IMG/VR virus record: IMGVR_UViG_3300043543_000076
Location: 1-30,254 of that record
From: a virus
Taxonomy: Duplodnaviria > Caudoviricetes
Length of the DNA stretch: 30,254 nucleotides
Reading direction: 5' to 3' (one strand)
Shown: positions 1 through 8,864 of the stretch, piece by piece
Layout of the letters: every line of letters starts with the position of its first letter
Numbering within the stretch: the stretch's first letter is position 1
Program-made: the position numbers and the translations under genes
Notes under the pieces: model-generated
The model's input: only the letters and a program-made list of their open reading frames with translations
Databases searched by the model: none
Told to the model about the DNA's origin: nothing

Positions 1-960
1 TTTTATACTTTTAATAAGCGACTCTAATTTTTGCACAATCATTTCTACATAACTTCCTATCACTGCACCAGCCCGTTGTATTTGATCTTTATGTTCTTTT
101 ACCCAAGACTCAACAGCACGAGAAAACTTATACAACGCAGGATAAATAGCGTCTAATGTAGGAAGAAACAAATATCCAACCGCTTCTGCAATACGTTTTT
201 GAGAAGTTTCAAATGATACTGCTGCTTTTTGTGCTCCTGTAAGAGACTGTTCGTATAACCCTGCTTTTTTTGCCCCCTCATCCATAAAAGCATTAAGGAT
301 AGCTTGCGATTTCTGACTTTGGTTAAGAGCGTTAGCAGAAACACCTATCGTAGCTGCATACCGTCTGTAAATTTGGTCTAAATTAGGAAGGTTAACCACC
401 TGATCTAGGATCATCGTGTTTCCTGTACGCATAGCCTGTGCTAGTCGTCCCAATACCTCTGCTGAACCCATGCCAGTACCGATACCTAAGTCTCGTGCTG
501 CTTTTACCGCACTTTCCGCATTAGCAAGATCTATATTTGATCTAATCAACTCATTGATAAAAAGCGTAGCCTCTTTATTGCTGATGTTGAGAGCTGCCAC
601 AGCGTCTCTTGCCTCAAAAGCCTTATCAACATTAACACCCATGTTTTTTGATAAAATCTGCATTGCCATTTCTAGTTCCTGTATGGCTGCTGCTTTCATA
701 CCTAAATCATGAACACTTGAAATAACACCAGTAACAGTATTTTTAAGAAGTTCCAAGCCCTTTGTGATAGCAACAGTAGCAAGACCACCCATAGTAAATG
801 CAGATACAAGTTTTCCAGTAGAAAGAGAAGCTTTTTCAGAAGCGTCAGAAACGCCAGTAAGCGCAGGCTGGATTTCGTTTATTTTCTTTTTGATTTCTTC
901 TAATTGAGCGTTTGCTTTATTAACAACTTCAACTAGGATCTGTAGCTTGTTGTTGTCCAT
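1..960 (-). CDS. Tail tape measure protein, 5' part (runs off the window edge)
   Basis: Not in the ORF track. ATG at 960 opens a frame to base 1: MDNNKLQILVEVVNKANAQLEEIKKKINEIQPALTGVSDASEKASLSTGKLVSAFTMGGLATVAITKGLELLK... Ala/Leu-rich and helical, directly downstream of the tail tube and chaperone genes. Confidence 0.9.
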   Translation of the reverse strand, partial: MDNNKLQILVEVVNKANAQLEEIKKKINEIQPALTGVSDASEKASLSTGKLVSAFTMGGLATVAITKGLELLKNTVTGVISSVHDLGMKAAAIQELEMAMQILSKNMGVNVDKAFEARDAVAALNISNKEATLFINELIRSNIDLANAESAVKAARDLGIGTGMGSAEVLGRLAQAMRTGNTMILDQVVNLPNLDQIYRRYAATIGVSANALNQSQKSQAILNAFMDEGAKKAGLYEQSLTGAQKAAVSFETSQKRIAEAVGYLFLPTLDAIYPALYKFSRAVESWVKEHKDQIQRAGAVIGSYVEMIVQKLESLIKSIK

Positions 961-1168
961 ACCTTCTTTTTGATTTGTACGCCTCTACTTCATTTTGAGT
1001 ATGTAGATACATCTCTAATAGTAGTATAAAACTGTTTGGCTGAGAGCGTAAAGTCCAGTAATCCCAACCCGTCGAAAGAGCAAGGTCTACAAAGCGAAAC
1101 TCTATGGGGATTTTACCTGTATTAAGCAGAAGACTCTTCAACAACTTTTTCTTCAACGCCTTTTTTTT
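929..1168 (-). CDS. Tail assembly chaperone frameshift extension (gpGT-like)
   Basis: Overlaps the chaperone 3' end in the +1/-2 frame, lies between chaperone and tape measure, and contains GWDYWTLRSQP. An A8 run sits at 1161-1168. Confidence 0.7.
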   Translation of the reverse strand, partial: KKKALKKKLLKSLLLNTGKIPIEFRFVDLALSTGWDYWTLRSQPNSFILLLEMYLHTQNEVEAYKSKRRYGQQQATDPS

Positions 1169-1538
1169 CCTCTTCGGTCATTTTTTCCTTTTTTATGACT
1201 TTGGTAAGAGCCTCATCAAGGCGTTTCCACTCTTTACTAGAAAGCATTGATTTGATGTTTTTTGGCGTTGGCGGTTCCTGTCGTGTCCATGAAACAACTA
1301 AAATTTCAATACATTTGTTTTCATAATCACGAGCTAAAGAGGCTTTAATATGGGGAAGTTTTAACCGATCCGTTTCTTTTTTCGTGCTTTCTTTAACACC
1401 AGCTATGTCTTCAAAAGAAAACGCATTAAGATAGACGCTATCTATTTCTTCTTCATCCCATTGAGACAAAACATTTTTATACGTAACAGTGGTTTTTGAA
1501 CCATCCAGCAAAACAAGCTCTATAGTAGAGGTCATCAT
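1122..1538 (-). CDS. Tail assembly chaperone (gpG-like)
   Basis: 138 aa, between tail tube and tape measure, ends EEEKK over a slippery A run. Confidence 0.75.
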   Translation of the reverse strand: MMTSTIELVLLDGSKTTVTYKNVLSQWDEEEIDSVYLNAFSFEDIAGVKESTKKETDRLKLPHIKASLARDYENKCIEILVVSWTRQEPPTPKNIKSMLSSKEWKRLDEALTKVIKKEKMTEEEKKGVEEKVVEESSA

Positions 1539-1556
1539 ATTTCCTTTTTCCTTTCT

Positions 1557-2726
1557 TTAGAACGCTGACAAACTATTGATAATAGTTACGGATAAACCTT
1601 GTCCGTCGGTAGTATCATACTGTGGTTTATACGTAAACTCATCGTAAATTATATCGCCTGTCTTTAGGGGAGCTTTTGCATTGATTTGTTTGATGTTGTT
1701 GAGCGTAATACGCAGTTCTTGATTTGTTCCAGAAACTAACGTGCTTAAATGCTTAATAACAAGCGCTCGTTTTGTTAATGATTGATACTCATCCCACATT
1801 GCAGGAGTATCAAAAAATACTTTCCCTTTCACTTCTGCGTCTACTTCTGTATGAACGAGTGCAACAGGGTCAAAAGATCCACTTCTTACCTCTCCTGTGT
1901 CTGTAGCAAAATCATGTGAAACCATCCACTCTGGTGAAACTTCAAGTCCCGTATGAGCTGCCGAGGCTGCTGCCGAAGCAGTCGCCCCAAACCTAAACTC
2001 AGTTTGTGGAAGCAAAAACGGTCGTTGTAGTGAAAATGATGGCGCTGATACTGGTCTAAGACAGATATAATCATTAGCTGCTGCTCCCCCTGCTGAAGCC
2101 ACTGTAACAGTCGTATTAGTAACCGAAACAACCGTAGTGTCAACAACTGCTCCGCTTGCTAAGAAAATGCGGACAAGATCAGATGCAACAAGACCTTTTG
2201 TTGGAACTGCGTCATACGTTGTATCAAGCGTTAAGACGTTTGATGAAACATTAGTAATTTTCCTTGTAATAAATGATCCTACACCCTGTATAGCCACGTC
2301 ATATTGTAACTCACCGTCTTGAAACGATGATTTTATTTGACTTGCTTTAACACCCCAATATCGCTGTACCAAACGACCCTTCGCAATATCAACAGTAAAT
2401 GAGCTTACAGGAACATCAACAGTAAACGGCCACGTGTAAGGGCCGGAACCCGATACCGATCCACGCTTTAGAAGCATTGACCAGATATAGAGTGAAGTGT
2501 TTGGCTCTGCAATCGTTTTTACTGTACCACCGTGAGATCGGAAGCCTTGGAGCGCTTGGTAGGTTTTGAACCTATTACCAATAATAAGATTTTCTAAGAT
2601 AGGATTAACATCAACAGTTACATCTTCTTCAAATAAAGGTATGTAAATAGTTGGCGTTACTGGCGTACCGCTTGTTGTTTCTTCTTTTACGGACATGTAT
2701 TGTAAATCACTGATATTTTCTGGCAT
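1557..2726 (-). CDS. Major tail (tube) protein with an inserted beta-rich domain
   Basis: 389 aa. N-terminal KEETTSGTPVTPTIYIP motif is typical of siphovirus tube proteins. Synteny fits and a GGAG RBS is present. Confidence 0.85.
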   Translation of the reverse strand: MPENISDLQYMSVKEETTSGTPVTPTIYIPLFEEDVTVDVNPILENLIIGNRFKTYQALQGFRSHGGTVKTIAEPNTSLYIWSMLLKRGSVSGSGPYTWPFTVDVPVSSFTVDIAKGRLVQRYWGVKASQIKSSFQDGELQYDVAIQGVGSFITRKITNVSSNVLTLDTTYDAVPTKGLVASDLVRIFLASGAVVDTTVVSVTNTTVTVASAGGAAANDYICLRPVSAPSFSLQRPFLLPQTEFRFGATASAAASAAHTGLEVSPEWMVSHDFATDTGEVRSGSFDPVALVHTEVDAEVKGKVFFDTPAMWDEYQSLTKRALVIKHLSTLVSGTNQELRITLNNIKQINAKAPLKTGDIIYDEFTYKPQYDTTDGQGLSVTIINSLSAF

Positions 2727-2737
2727 AAATTACTCCT

Positions 2738-2890
2738 TTACTTTTTAACGACTTTCGTCGGTTCTTTAACGAGTTCAAAATTGGGATTTTCAATCAACGT
2801 CTCAACCTCAATTGTTTCTCCTGGTTTAACCTCACCTACACCAATAAGCGATTGTGTTGTGTGTGATATGTTTTTATAAATAAACTTCAT
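2738..2890 (-). CDS. Small 50-aa protein preceding the tail tube
   Basis: Read manually: MKFIYKNISHTTQSLIGVGEVKPGETIEVETLIENPNFELVKEPTKVVKK, with a GGAGG RBS. Below the ORF-track size cut-off. Confidence 0.8.
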   Translation of the reverse strand: MKFIYKNISHTTQSLIGVGEVKPGETIEVETLIENPNFELVKEPTKVVKK

Positions 2891-2900
2891 ACTTTCCTCC

Positions 2901-2930
2901 ATTATATGAACCTTTTTTTTACGATGTCAA
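2901..2930 (-). promoter_or_regulatory. Sigma70-type promoter upstream of the tail tube genes
   Basis: TTGACA (2930-2925), 18-nt spacer, TATAAT (2906-2901). Both hexamers are perfect consensus and lie in an intergenic gap. Confidence 0.7.
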
Positions 2931-3419
2931 TCAAGTACGTGAAGGTACTTTTACAAGTTCTCTCAAATTAACAGTAACATGACACTCTTCGGTTAGCAAC
3001 TCCTGCGGTCGAGGGTTTACCCCATAATCAATACTTGTTTCATTTTTAACAAATCTATCACCAATAGTAAGAGCTTTACGAAGCACACCCATAACCGTTT
3101 CATCAGCGTACTCACCGTTTGTTTTATTGCGTCCCGCCACTAATTTCTCTAGTTTTTCACGCCATAAAAGCGTATCTGGTGATTTTCCAAAATCATCTTT
3201 TTTATTAGCCACAACTTTTACTATAACCGTGTGATTGACATAATCATGACCTGTCGGACCAGATGTATTTTCCTCTATGTCTGCTTCAATAATAATACAC
3301 GGCATATTTGCTTGAGGGATAACAAGAGGATCACCAATATAGTAGCCTTTATAAATATCACCAAAAGCGTCTTGAAAACGTTCTCTAAGAAGCTGGGAAA
3401 CAGTTTGTTTATACTCCAT
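2931..3419 (-). CDS. Putative tail terminator / tail completion protein
   Basis: 162 aa. Position before the tail tube, and the PQANMPCIII motif resembles tail terminators. Confidence 0.6.
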   Translation of the reverse strand: MEYKQTVSQLLRERFQDAFGDIYKGYYIGDPLVIPQANMPCIIIEADIEENTSGPTGHDYVNHTVIVKVVANKKDDFGKSPDTLLWREKLEKLVAGRNKTNGEYADETVMGVLRKALTIGDRFVKNETSIDYGVNPRPQELLTEECHVTVNLRELVKVPSRT

Positions 3420-3420
3420 A

Positions 3421-3861
3421 TTACAACCTTCTTAATAAACCTTTTTTGATTATATTTCCTATTGCTCGATTAAGCATTTGATTTAATGCAAGCATAGTCC
3501 TTTTTGGCATGTTTCTGCCACCAGTTTGGTGTATAGCAAAGTATGGAGCTATATTATATAGCTTCAAAAACGTGTCTGTTGATGTAAACCGAAAACTATT
3601 ACGTAATCTGCCTGTGCGAAACAAAATCCCTCGACCTGGGTATTTTTTTCCCTTCCAGCTTGCGTATGTTGGTGATAGCTGCTGCCACCTACTGCCATAT
3701 ATCTGACCTTCTGTATCAAAAACCGTTGAACTATAAAAATCTTTCAAATACTCTCCTGTTTTCATCAACTCAGGACGAAATGATTTGAGCTTGTTTTGTA
3801 TGTCCTTTATGGTAAGCAACAAACTTTTTTCATCTAATACTGTAAACAAAAGTTTTATCAT
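3421..3861 (-). CDS. Phage virion morphogenesis protein (Mu gpG / P2 gpS-like)
   Basis: Motifs FDTEG..WQQLSPTY, ILFRTGRLRNS, YFAIHQTG..MPKR. Confidence 0.85.
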   Translation of the reverse strand: MIKLLFTVLDEKSLLLTIKDIQNKLKSFRPELMKTGEYLKDFYSSTVFDTEGQIYGSRWQQLSPTYASWKGKKYPGRGILFRTGRLRNSFRFTSTDTFLKLYNIAPYFAIHQTGGRNMPKRTMLALNQMLNRAIGNIIKKGLLRRL

Positions 3862-3862
3862 A

Positions 3863-4789
3863 TTAGAACACTTTATTGATACGAAATAATCGCCCCTCTG
3901 GTGGATCTAGCTCTTCTGCTGTATTGTCTGGATAACCGCTAATCGTGTCAATGTTTCCTGCAATAACTTGCTCATCTATCCCTATAAGAGCGATTTCACC
4001 TGACACTATTTTAGCCAATAAAGCCTGCGCGTGTTGTATTTTTTGCTGACCTTCTTTATTTGTTCCTTCTTCGCCTGGACCGTACGCAGTGATAAGTAAA
4101 TACCCTGCTGCAAGCAATTTTGTAATATTTCTTAATATTTTAGGAACATAAGAGAGTGGAAGTGTATACCGAGCTGACAAAGCGCCTTTTACTTCATCCT
4201 GTGCTTCGTCTAATCGGTCTTGTATCATTTTATCTGTTATAGCAAAGTTGTTAACAAACCCAGCCTCAATCCTCACGTCGTCAATAGAACAGTAGTAACC
4301 AAACCCACCACCTCTAACCGCAATAGAGTCGCTTATATCACTTTCATTTGCGCTATCGCTATTGTAGTACGTGTACTTATACCAATATGAAGACGATCCT
4401 ACTGGATCGTTATACTCTGTTTCATCCTGATCTGCCTCTATATTTACCGTAGCAATAGTGCTAAATGACCCATCAACAGGAACAGAACCATTGACATTAT
4501 TTGCACGCTTAAACTTTATTTGATCGAAGCGAAGTTTTACTAATTTTTCACCTCTATTATGTGGAAACGTAAAATTAGTCGTAGCAGTAATAGTTTGATT
4601 AGAAATAGAAGATATTTTTTTGATCTCTGCGGTTTCACCCTCCCCTATCCGAAAAAAATCACTATTTGCAAATCCTTGAACATTTTTAACGGTAACGGTT
4701 GCTTGTCCAGAAGCAACATCAGCGTTTACCTCTGTACGCTCTGCGATGTTATCGCTATCATAATTTGGCGCTTTTAGTAATTGAGCCAT
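3863..4789 (-). CDS. Head-tail adaptor (Mu gp36/DUF1320-like C-terminus) with N-terminal beta-rich domains
   Basis: C-terminal YCSIDDV...AQDEVKGALSARYTLPL..VP..L...LAAGYL...AQALLAKIVSGEIAL is characteristic of gp36-like adaptors. About 160 extra N-terminal residues. Confidence 0.8.
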   Translation of the reverse strand: MAQLLKAPNYDSDNIAERTEVNADVASGQATVTVKNVQGFANSDFFRIGEGETAEIKKISSISNQTITATTNFTFPHNRGEKLVKLRFDQIKFKRANNVNGSVPVDGSFSTIATVNIEADQDETEYNDPVGSSSYWYKYTYYNSDSANESDISDSIAVRGGGFGYYCSIDDVRIEAGFVNNFAITDKMIQDRLDEAQDEVKGALSARYTLPLSYVPKILRNITKLLAAGYLLITAYGPGEEGTNKEGQQKIQHAQALLAKIVSGEIALIGIDEQVIAGNIDTISGYPDNTAEELDPPEGRLFRINKVF

Positions 4790-4844
4790 ATTACCTCCGT
4801 TTTAGTATAACACGATCAACCACCTTGCCTAACGCTATCGTAGA

Positions 4845-6458
4845 TTATTTTCGTGTGATCGTAGTTTTCACTAATTTTTTTCCTAAAGCAAGAGTTTTAC
4901 TCTTATATTGCAACATCCCCCTGAACTTTCCAAGTGTCTCGCTAATCCTTCGTAAAATCTCATCAACACCAACACCAGTATCAGAAACAAAAACATTAAG
5001 GAGTATAGAAAGCACATCATTTCCAGAACCATTATCGCTTAAACCAATTGTAACGGCATTAAAAAGCTGATCAACACCTAATCCGATGTCTGATATAGAT
5101 ATTGACGCAAGAACATCTAGAGCGTCATTAGCTAACCCTGTATCATTTATAGCGATGTATGTGAGAAGAAAAACAGCTTCAACAGCATTTCCACTATCCG
5201 AAATAGCCACATTAGCAATGATATACAGTGTTTCAACGCCAGAACCACTATCAGTAACAGCCACAAATGAAGAAACGTACACGTCATCAACTCCATTACC
5301 AGACTCCACAACTAATATAGAGGGGATAACGGTAACCTGATCTGCGCCTGTGCCCGTATCAGACAAAACAATTGAAGCTAAAATTGCCAATGCTTCTGCA
5401 CTTGTGCCTGTATCTGACACAGCAATTTGAGCAAGCAAACTTAATGCGTCTACCCCACTTCCTGTATCGGAAACAGAAATATTTGCTAAAAGTGAAAGCA
5501 GATCTGAGCCTGTTCCTGAGTCCGATACAGGTATACTTGCAGAAACACTAAAAGTATCCACGCCAGAACCAGTATCAGCCAAAGGCACTGAAACAGCGTT
5601 GGTCAATGTATCTGTTCCTGAACCAGTATCAGAAAGAGGGATAGCAGCTTGGATAGTTGGAGCGTCAGCACCAGAACCAGTATCGCTAATATTTATAAGA
5701 GAAAGACCTGAAGGAACATTACTAAAAGAGAAAAAACTACGCTTTTTATAAAGGATCGTAGGGTCAGCCATCAAAAGACCAATTTCTTTATCGCTAATAA
5801 TCCTCTTCCACGCACGAACAAGCAATATACCGCCATCCCACCCACCACCAATTAAAGCTCTACCAATATAGATTGTGTTCGGAACAATAATCTTTGTCCA
5901 GCCAGCATCCCACCTGTTCGTCAGTTCTAAAGCAACCCCGTTATCCCACACCCTCGGCACATTGTCTTTATTGGTATGATCGTAGGTAATAATATAATTG
6001 TGCCAAATATTATTAGTCGGATACGGTGTACTCCACACTTTTTCTCTATCCGTATAGAAAACATTAACTCGTTGTCCCCACCCAGAGTCCCAGTTATCAT
6101 TTTCCACACCAAACCACTGTGTATCGTTTACTGAGTCATAGTATCGAAGCAAATTACCATATCCAGTACCACTCCCACCACTTTTACGAAGATAAATAAT
6201 TTGAGCAGAAATATACTGATGAGCGCCAAGAAGAGGATGTATCCACGCCATGCCACCAGTAGGCTGATTGAAATCAGGAGTTTGACCGCTGTATTTACCT
6301 GATTGAGAACCTAAATTAGCATTAGCAACACCCCTAATACCAGTAACAAGATCAATACCTTTATATGCGCCATGAACAAATGGACAATCGAAGATTAACC
6401 CACGAAAGAGGGAGTGTCGCTTATCAAGCCTAGGATTACGTGGTATTGAAATTGCCAT
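4845..6458 (-). CDS. Virion fibre-like protein: LamG/concanavalin-like N-terminal domain plus 14 x 18-aa repeats
   Basis: N-terminal WHNYIITYD...VWDNG...IYIG...WDGGILLVRAWKRIIS fits a LamG-like pattern. The C-terminal half is SDTGxGxD repeats. Confidence 0.75.
   Translation of the reverse strand: MAISIPRNPRLDKRHSLFRGLIFDCPFVHGAYKGIDLVTGIRGVANANLGSQSGKYSGQTPDFNQPTGGMAWIHPLLGAHQYISAQIIYLRKSGGSGTGYGNLLRYYDSVNDTQWFGVENDNWDSGWGQRVNVFYTDREKVWSTPYPTNNIWHNYIITYDHTNKDNVPRVWDNGVALELTNRWDAGWTKIIVPNTIYIGRALIGGGWDGGILLVRAWKRIISDKEIGLLMADPTILYKKRSFFSFSNVPSGLSLINISDTGSGADAPTIQAAIPLSDTGSGTDTLTNAVSVPLADTGSGVDTFSVSASIPVSDSGTGSDLLSLLANISVSDTGSGVDALSLLAQIAVSDTGTSAEALAILASIVLSDTGTGADQVTVIPSILVVESGNGVDDVYVSSFVAVTDSGSGVETLYIIANVAISDSGNAVEAVFLLTYIAINDTGLANDALDVLASISISDIGLGVDQLFNAVTIGLSDNGSGNDVLSILLNVFVSDTGVGVDEILRRISETLGKFRGMLQYKSKTLALGKKLVKTTITRK
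4932..5687 (-). repeat. 14 tandem degenerate 54-bp (18-aa) coding repeats
   Basis: SDTGSGADAPTIQAAIPL / SDTGSGTDTLTNAVSVPL / ADTGSGVDTFSVSASIPV ... SDTGVGVDEILRRISETL, with no indels in the period. Confidence 0.9.
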
Positions 6459-6464
6459 ACCATA

Positions 6465-6938
6465 CTATTGTACTTCTGGAACATAATAAACATAGCCCTT
6501 ATAATGATCCCCTTCTGTGCCGTGCAATGCTTGATCGCTTGCATTTTTTACAGCAACTCCCCACTCTGGACCAAGAGGACCAAATGGCGATGTATCGAAG
6601 TCTCCATAAAACACTTTATTACTTGTGTTCGTTACAACAATAGTTCCCACTTGTTGAGCATTTTCAATCGTTATAGCTGCGTCAGACGCACCAGCACCAT
6701 CAGTACGGTAATTAGAGCTAGAAGGATCATTACCTCGTAATAAATAAATCTCATAAAGCCTTCCTGCGGTTGGAGCTGTAGCACCCGACTTTATCTTAAA
6801 ATAAAGAAGTGCTGCTGGATAATTATTAGTCGAGTTATTAATCATTGTCGATTGACGACTTGAACCTGCTGCTAAAGAAGCAAGCGTAATCGTAAACGTG
6901 CTTTTTGATATATTTTTTGTTTTTATTTCATTAGCCAT
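6465..6938 (-). CDS. Putative virion structural protein (beta-sandwich)
   Basis: 157 aa, Ser/Thr/Ala-rich beta pattern, tightly packed in the structural block. Confidence 0.6.
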   Translation of the reverse strand: MANEIKTKNISKSTFTITLASLAAGSSRQSTMINNSTNNYPAALLYFKIKSGATAPTAGRLYEIYLLRGNDPSSSNYRTDGAGASDAAITIENAQQVGTIVVTNTSNKVFYGDFDTSPFGPLGPEWGVAVKNASDQALHGTEGDHYKGYVYYVPEVQ

Positions 6939-6939
6939 A

Positions 6940-7611
6940 TTATCCTCTCGGTATAGTAACAGGTAACTCTATCCCACTTACATCATCACTTAATTTTAGA
7001 GCCTCTGCAACCATTGTAACAGTTGGAACATTAGGACAATACTTTACACCACGCATAATATCATTAAACCTCACGGGACGCTGGATAATTTTCTTTTTCT
7101 TAACAGTAAACGATGATCGTAGCAGTTCTTTAACTTCTTGATCAGTTTTCCCTTTATACCCAATTTTTTCTGGGTCTGTTTCTATTTCTTTTTTTATTGC
7201 TTCGTTTATTTCATCCTGAAGCGCCGGAAGGGAAACAAATATTTTTCCTTCGCCATCCATAACTACATTAAGAGCGTCGTAAATCCTGTTAGGATCGTCA
7301 AAATAACGTTGAAGTATTGGGTTAGTAACTGCTGAAAGTCGTGAGCTTTGTATGCTTACATCTTCCTGTATTGAAATAAGTGGTTTAATAAGAAGCTCAA
7401 CAATTTCTTCTTCACTCTTGCCTTTATATCCCATTTGAGCAGGATCTTTAATAATTTCTGCCTTTAAGATCAAAAGTATTTTATTGTGAACGTCCTGAGC
7501 TGCTTTGAGATTTGTTTTGAGCTTATCGTCTGAGTCTTTAATTTCAGTAAGACTATTGCGATTTTCCGCAATTTTATCTCGTATGAAGTTAATAAGTAGT
7601 GTATCTGCCAT
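6940..7611 (-). CDS. Hypothetical protein with an internal duplication
   Basis: 223 aa. IIKDPAQMGYKGKSEEEIVELL and IETDPEKIGYKGKTDQEVKELL. Confidence 0.7.
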   Translation of the reverse strand: MADTLLINFIRDKIAENRNSLTEIKDSDDKLKTNLKAAQDVHNKILLILKAEIIKDPAQMGYKGKSEEEIVELLIKPLISIQEDVSIQSSRLSAVTNPILQRYFDDPNRIYDALNVVMDGEGKIFVSLPALQDEINEAIKKEIETDPEKIGYKGKTDQEVKELLRSSFTVKKKKIIQRPVRFNDIMRGVKYCPNVPTVTMVAEALKLSDDVSGIELPVTIPRG

Positions 7612-7627
7612 ATTACCCTAGCAGGTT

Positions 7628-8233
7628 TTAGCTGAGGGTAATATCAAGGGTAAGTTGCCATGACTGACCACTCGTCTTGGTCCCCTGCGCTGAAACCTTG
7701 CGATTTAAGTTTTTACCTGTACCAGATGATGCGTTACATACACTAAACTCGTTCCATGCAAAATTAGCGTCGCCAGATCCAAATGTAGATCGAAACGTAA
7801 TTTTCTGAGAAGTACCGTACGTTGGAAACGTAGCGTCCATTGATTTGTAGAGCTTATTTGTAGATGCTTGCAAATCTGTTTGTGTAGCTGACTCTGCTGT
7901 ACTACTATCTCCAACGGCTAGGTGTGAGTTTGCATTGTTAAATGCCGTACCACCGCCACCAGCACCCAATGTCCAGAGTTCGTTAATACCTTCGTTTAAG
8001 AGCATGTTACCATTGATAACAGATTGTCCTTTATACCCACCGTATTTTTGTTTTACTAAAGAAATCGGAGCACCTGCACGCATTAAGGCTTCTGCCTCTA
8101 AAAGGATTTCAGGATCAAACTCAAACTTTTCAATCGTCCAAATAGCGATTTCGTGAGCTTTTTCCTGTATGTGGTGTAGTATGTTCATAGTTATGCTTTC
8201 CTTTCCTTCTCCTTTATCAGATTGTCCTATCAT
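7628..8233 (-). CDS. Putative virion fibre/collar subunit
   Basis: 201 aa. LLNEG...LAVGDSSTAESATQTDLQ...FGSGDANFAWNEF...LNRKV...K resembles tail-collar/fibre-base folds. Confidence 0.6.
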   Translation of the reverse strand: MIGQSDKGEGKESITMNILHHIQEKAHEIAIWTIEKFEFDPEILLEAEALMRAGAPISLVKQKYGGYKGQSVINGNMLLNEGINELWTLGAGGGGTAFNNANSHLAVGDSSTAESATQTDLQASTNKLYKSMDATFPTYGTSQKITFRSTFGSGDANFAWNEFSVCNASSGTGKNLNRKVSAQGTKTSGQSWQLTLDITLS

Positions 8234-8442
8234 GCTTCCACCTGTTCTAGTGATTTTAAGAACTGATAAGCGTCTGCGATAGTAACCTGTCTAAATGCAG
8301 ACACAGTAGGATCGTAGATCTCTGTTTTACCGTTTAAGATCATTAGATCTTTATTGCCTAAGACTTCTCCATTGTTAATTTTTTCTTGAACATTTGCTTT
8401 TAGTTCTGCTTCGTATAGTTCTGCTGTGTCTGGTAATGCCAT
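8230..8442 (-). CDS. Hypothetical protein
   Basis: 70 aa, GGAGG RBS, ATGA overlap with the next gene. Confidence 0.7.
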   Translation of the reverse strand: MALPDTAELYEAELKANVQEKINNGEVLGNKDLMILNGKTEIYDPTVSAFRQVTIADAYQFLKSLEQVEA

Positions 8443-8476
8443 AATACCTCCATCGTATGCAACTTTTTATTTTCCG

Positions 8477-8845
8477 TCAACTCCTACGTTCTACATAAAG
8501 TACAACGGTTATGTTTTTTGCTCCTGTTTGTGCTCCACCTGCAACAATCTGCAAAGTACACGCCTGCCCTGCAATAGCAGGGGGAACAGTAGGACTTTCA
8601 ACAGTTTTTGCATTGTGAGCTAAAGAACCTTTTGAGTAAATTGTAAATGCGTCGTCATCAATAAGATTTAATGTAGAAGTAACTGAACCAGTGAGAGCAG
8701 GGATATTAACTGCTACGGTACGCAAAATACCGTTTATTTCAATCGTTGCACTTCCCGTAGTGCCAGCGTCGGCAATCGTTAGTGTTTTTTTAATCTTTTG
8801 TATACGGTATTTCATAAGGTTTAGCCCCTTTCGGGTATCAGGCAC
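8477..8845 (-). CDS. Putative virion structural protein (start may be the ATG at 8815)
   Basis: Beta-rich, Thr/Ala/Gly-rich ORF in the head-decoration block. Confidence 0.6.
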   Translation of the reverse strand: MPDTRKGLNLMKYRIQKIKKTLTIADAGTTGSATIEINGILRTVAVNIPALTGSVTSTLNLIDDDAFTIYSKGSLAHNAKTVESPTVPPAIAGQACTLQIVAGGAQTGAKNITVVLYVERRS

Positions 8846-8864
8846 ATACCATTAGCCTTTGTTG

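Noticed and set aside
1150-1170. Canonical -1 frameshift at the A run
   Set aside because: The -1 frame hits TGA two codons later (AGG CGT TGA).
4932-5687. Repeats as a CRISPR array or DGR template/variable repeats
   Set aside because: They are degenerate at the DNA level, in-frame and conserved as protein. There are no spacers and no reverse transcriptase in the window.
8815-8862. CCC-GAAA-GGG hairpin after CTGATA as a hammerhead ribozyme
   Set aside because: It lacks the CUGANGA core and a correctly placed GAAA, and the stems are very short.
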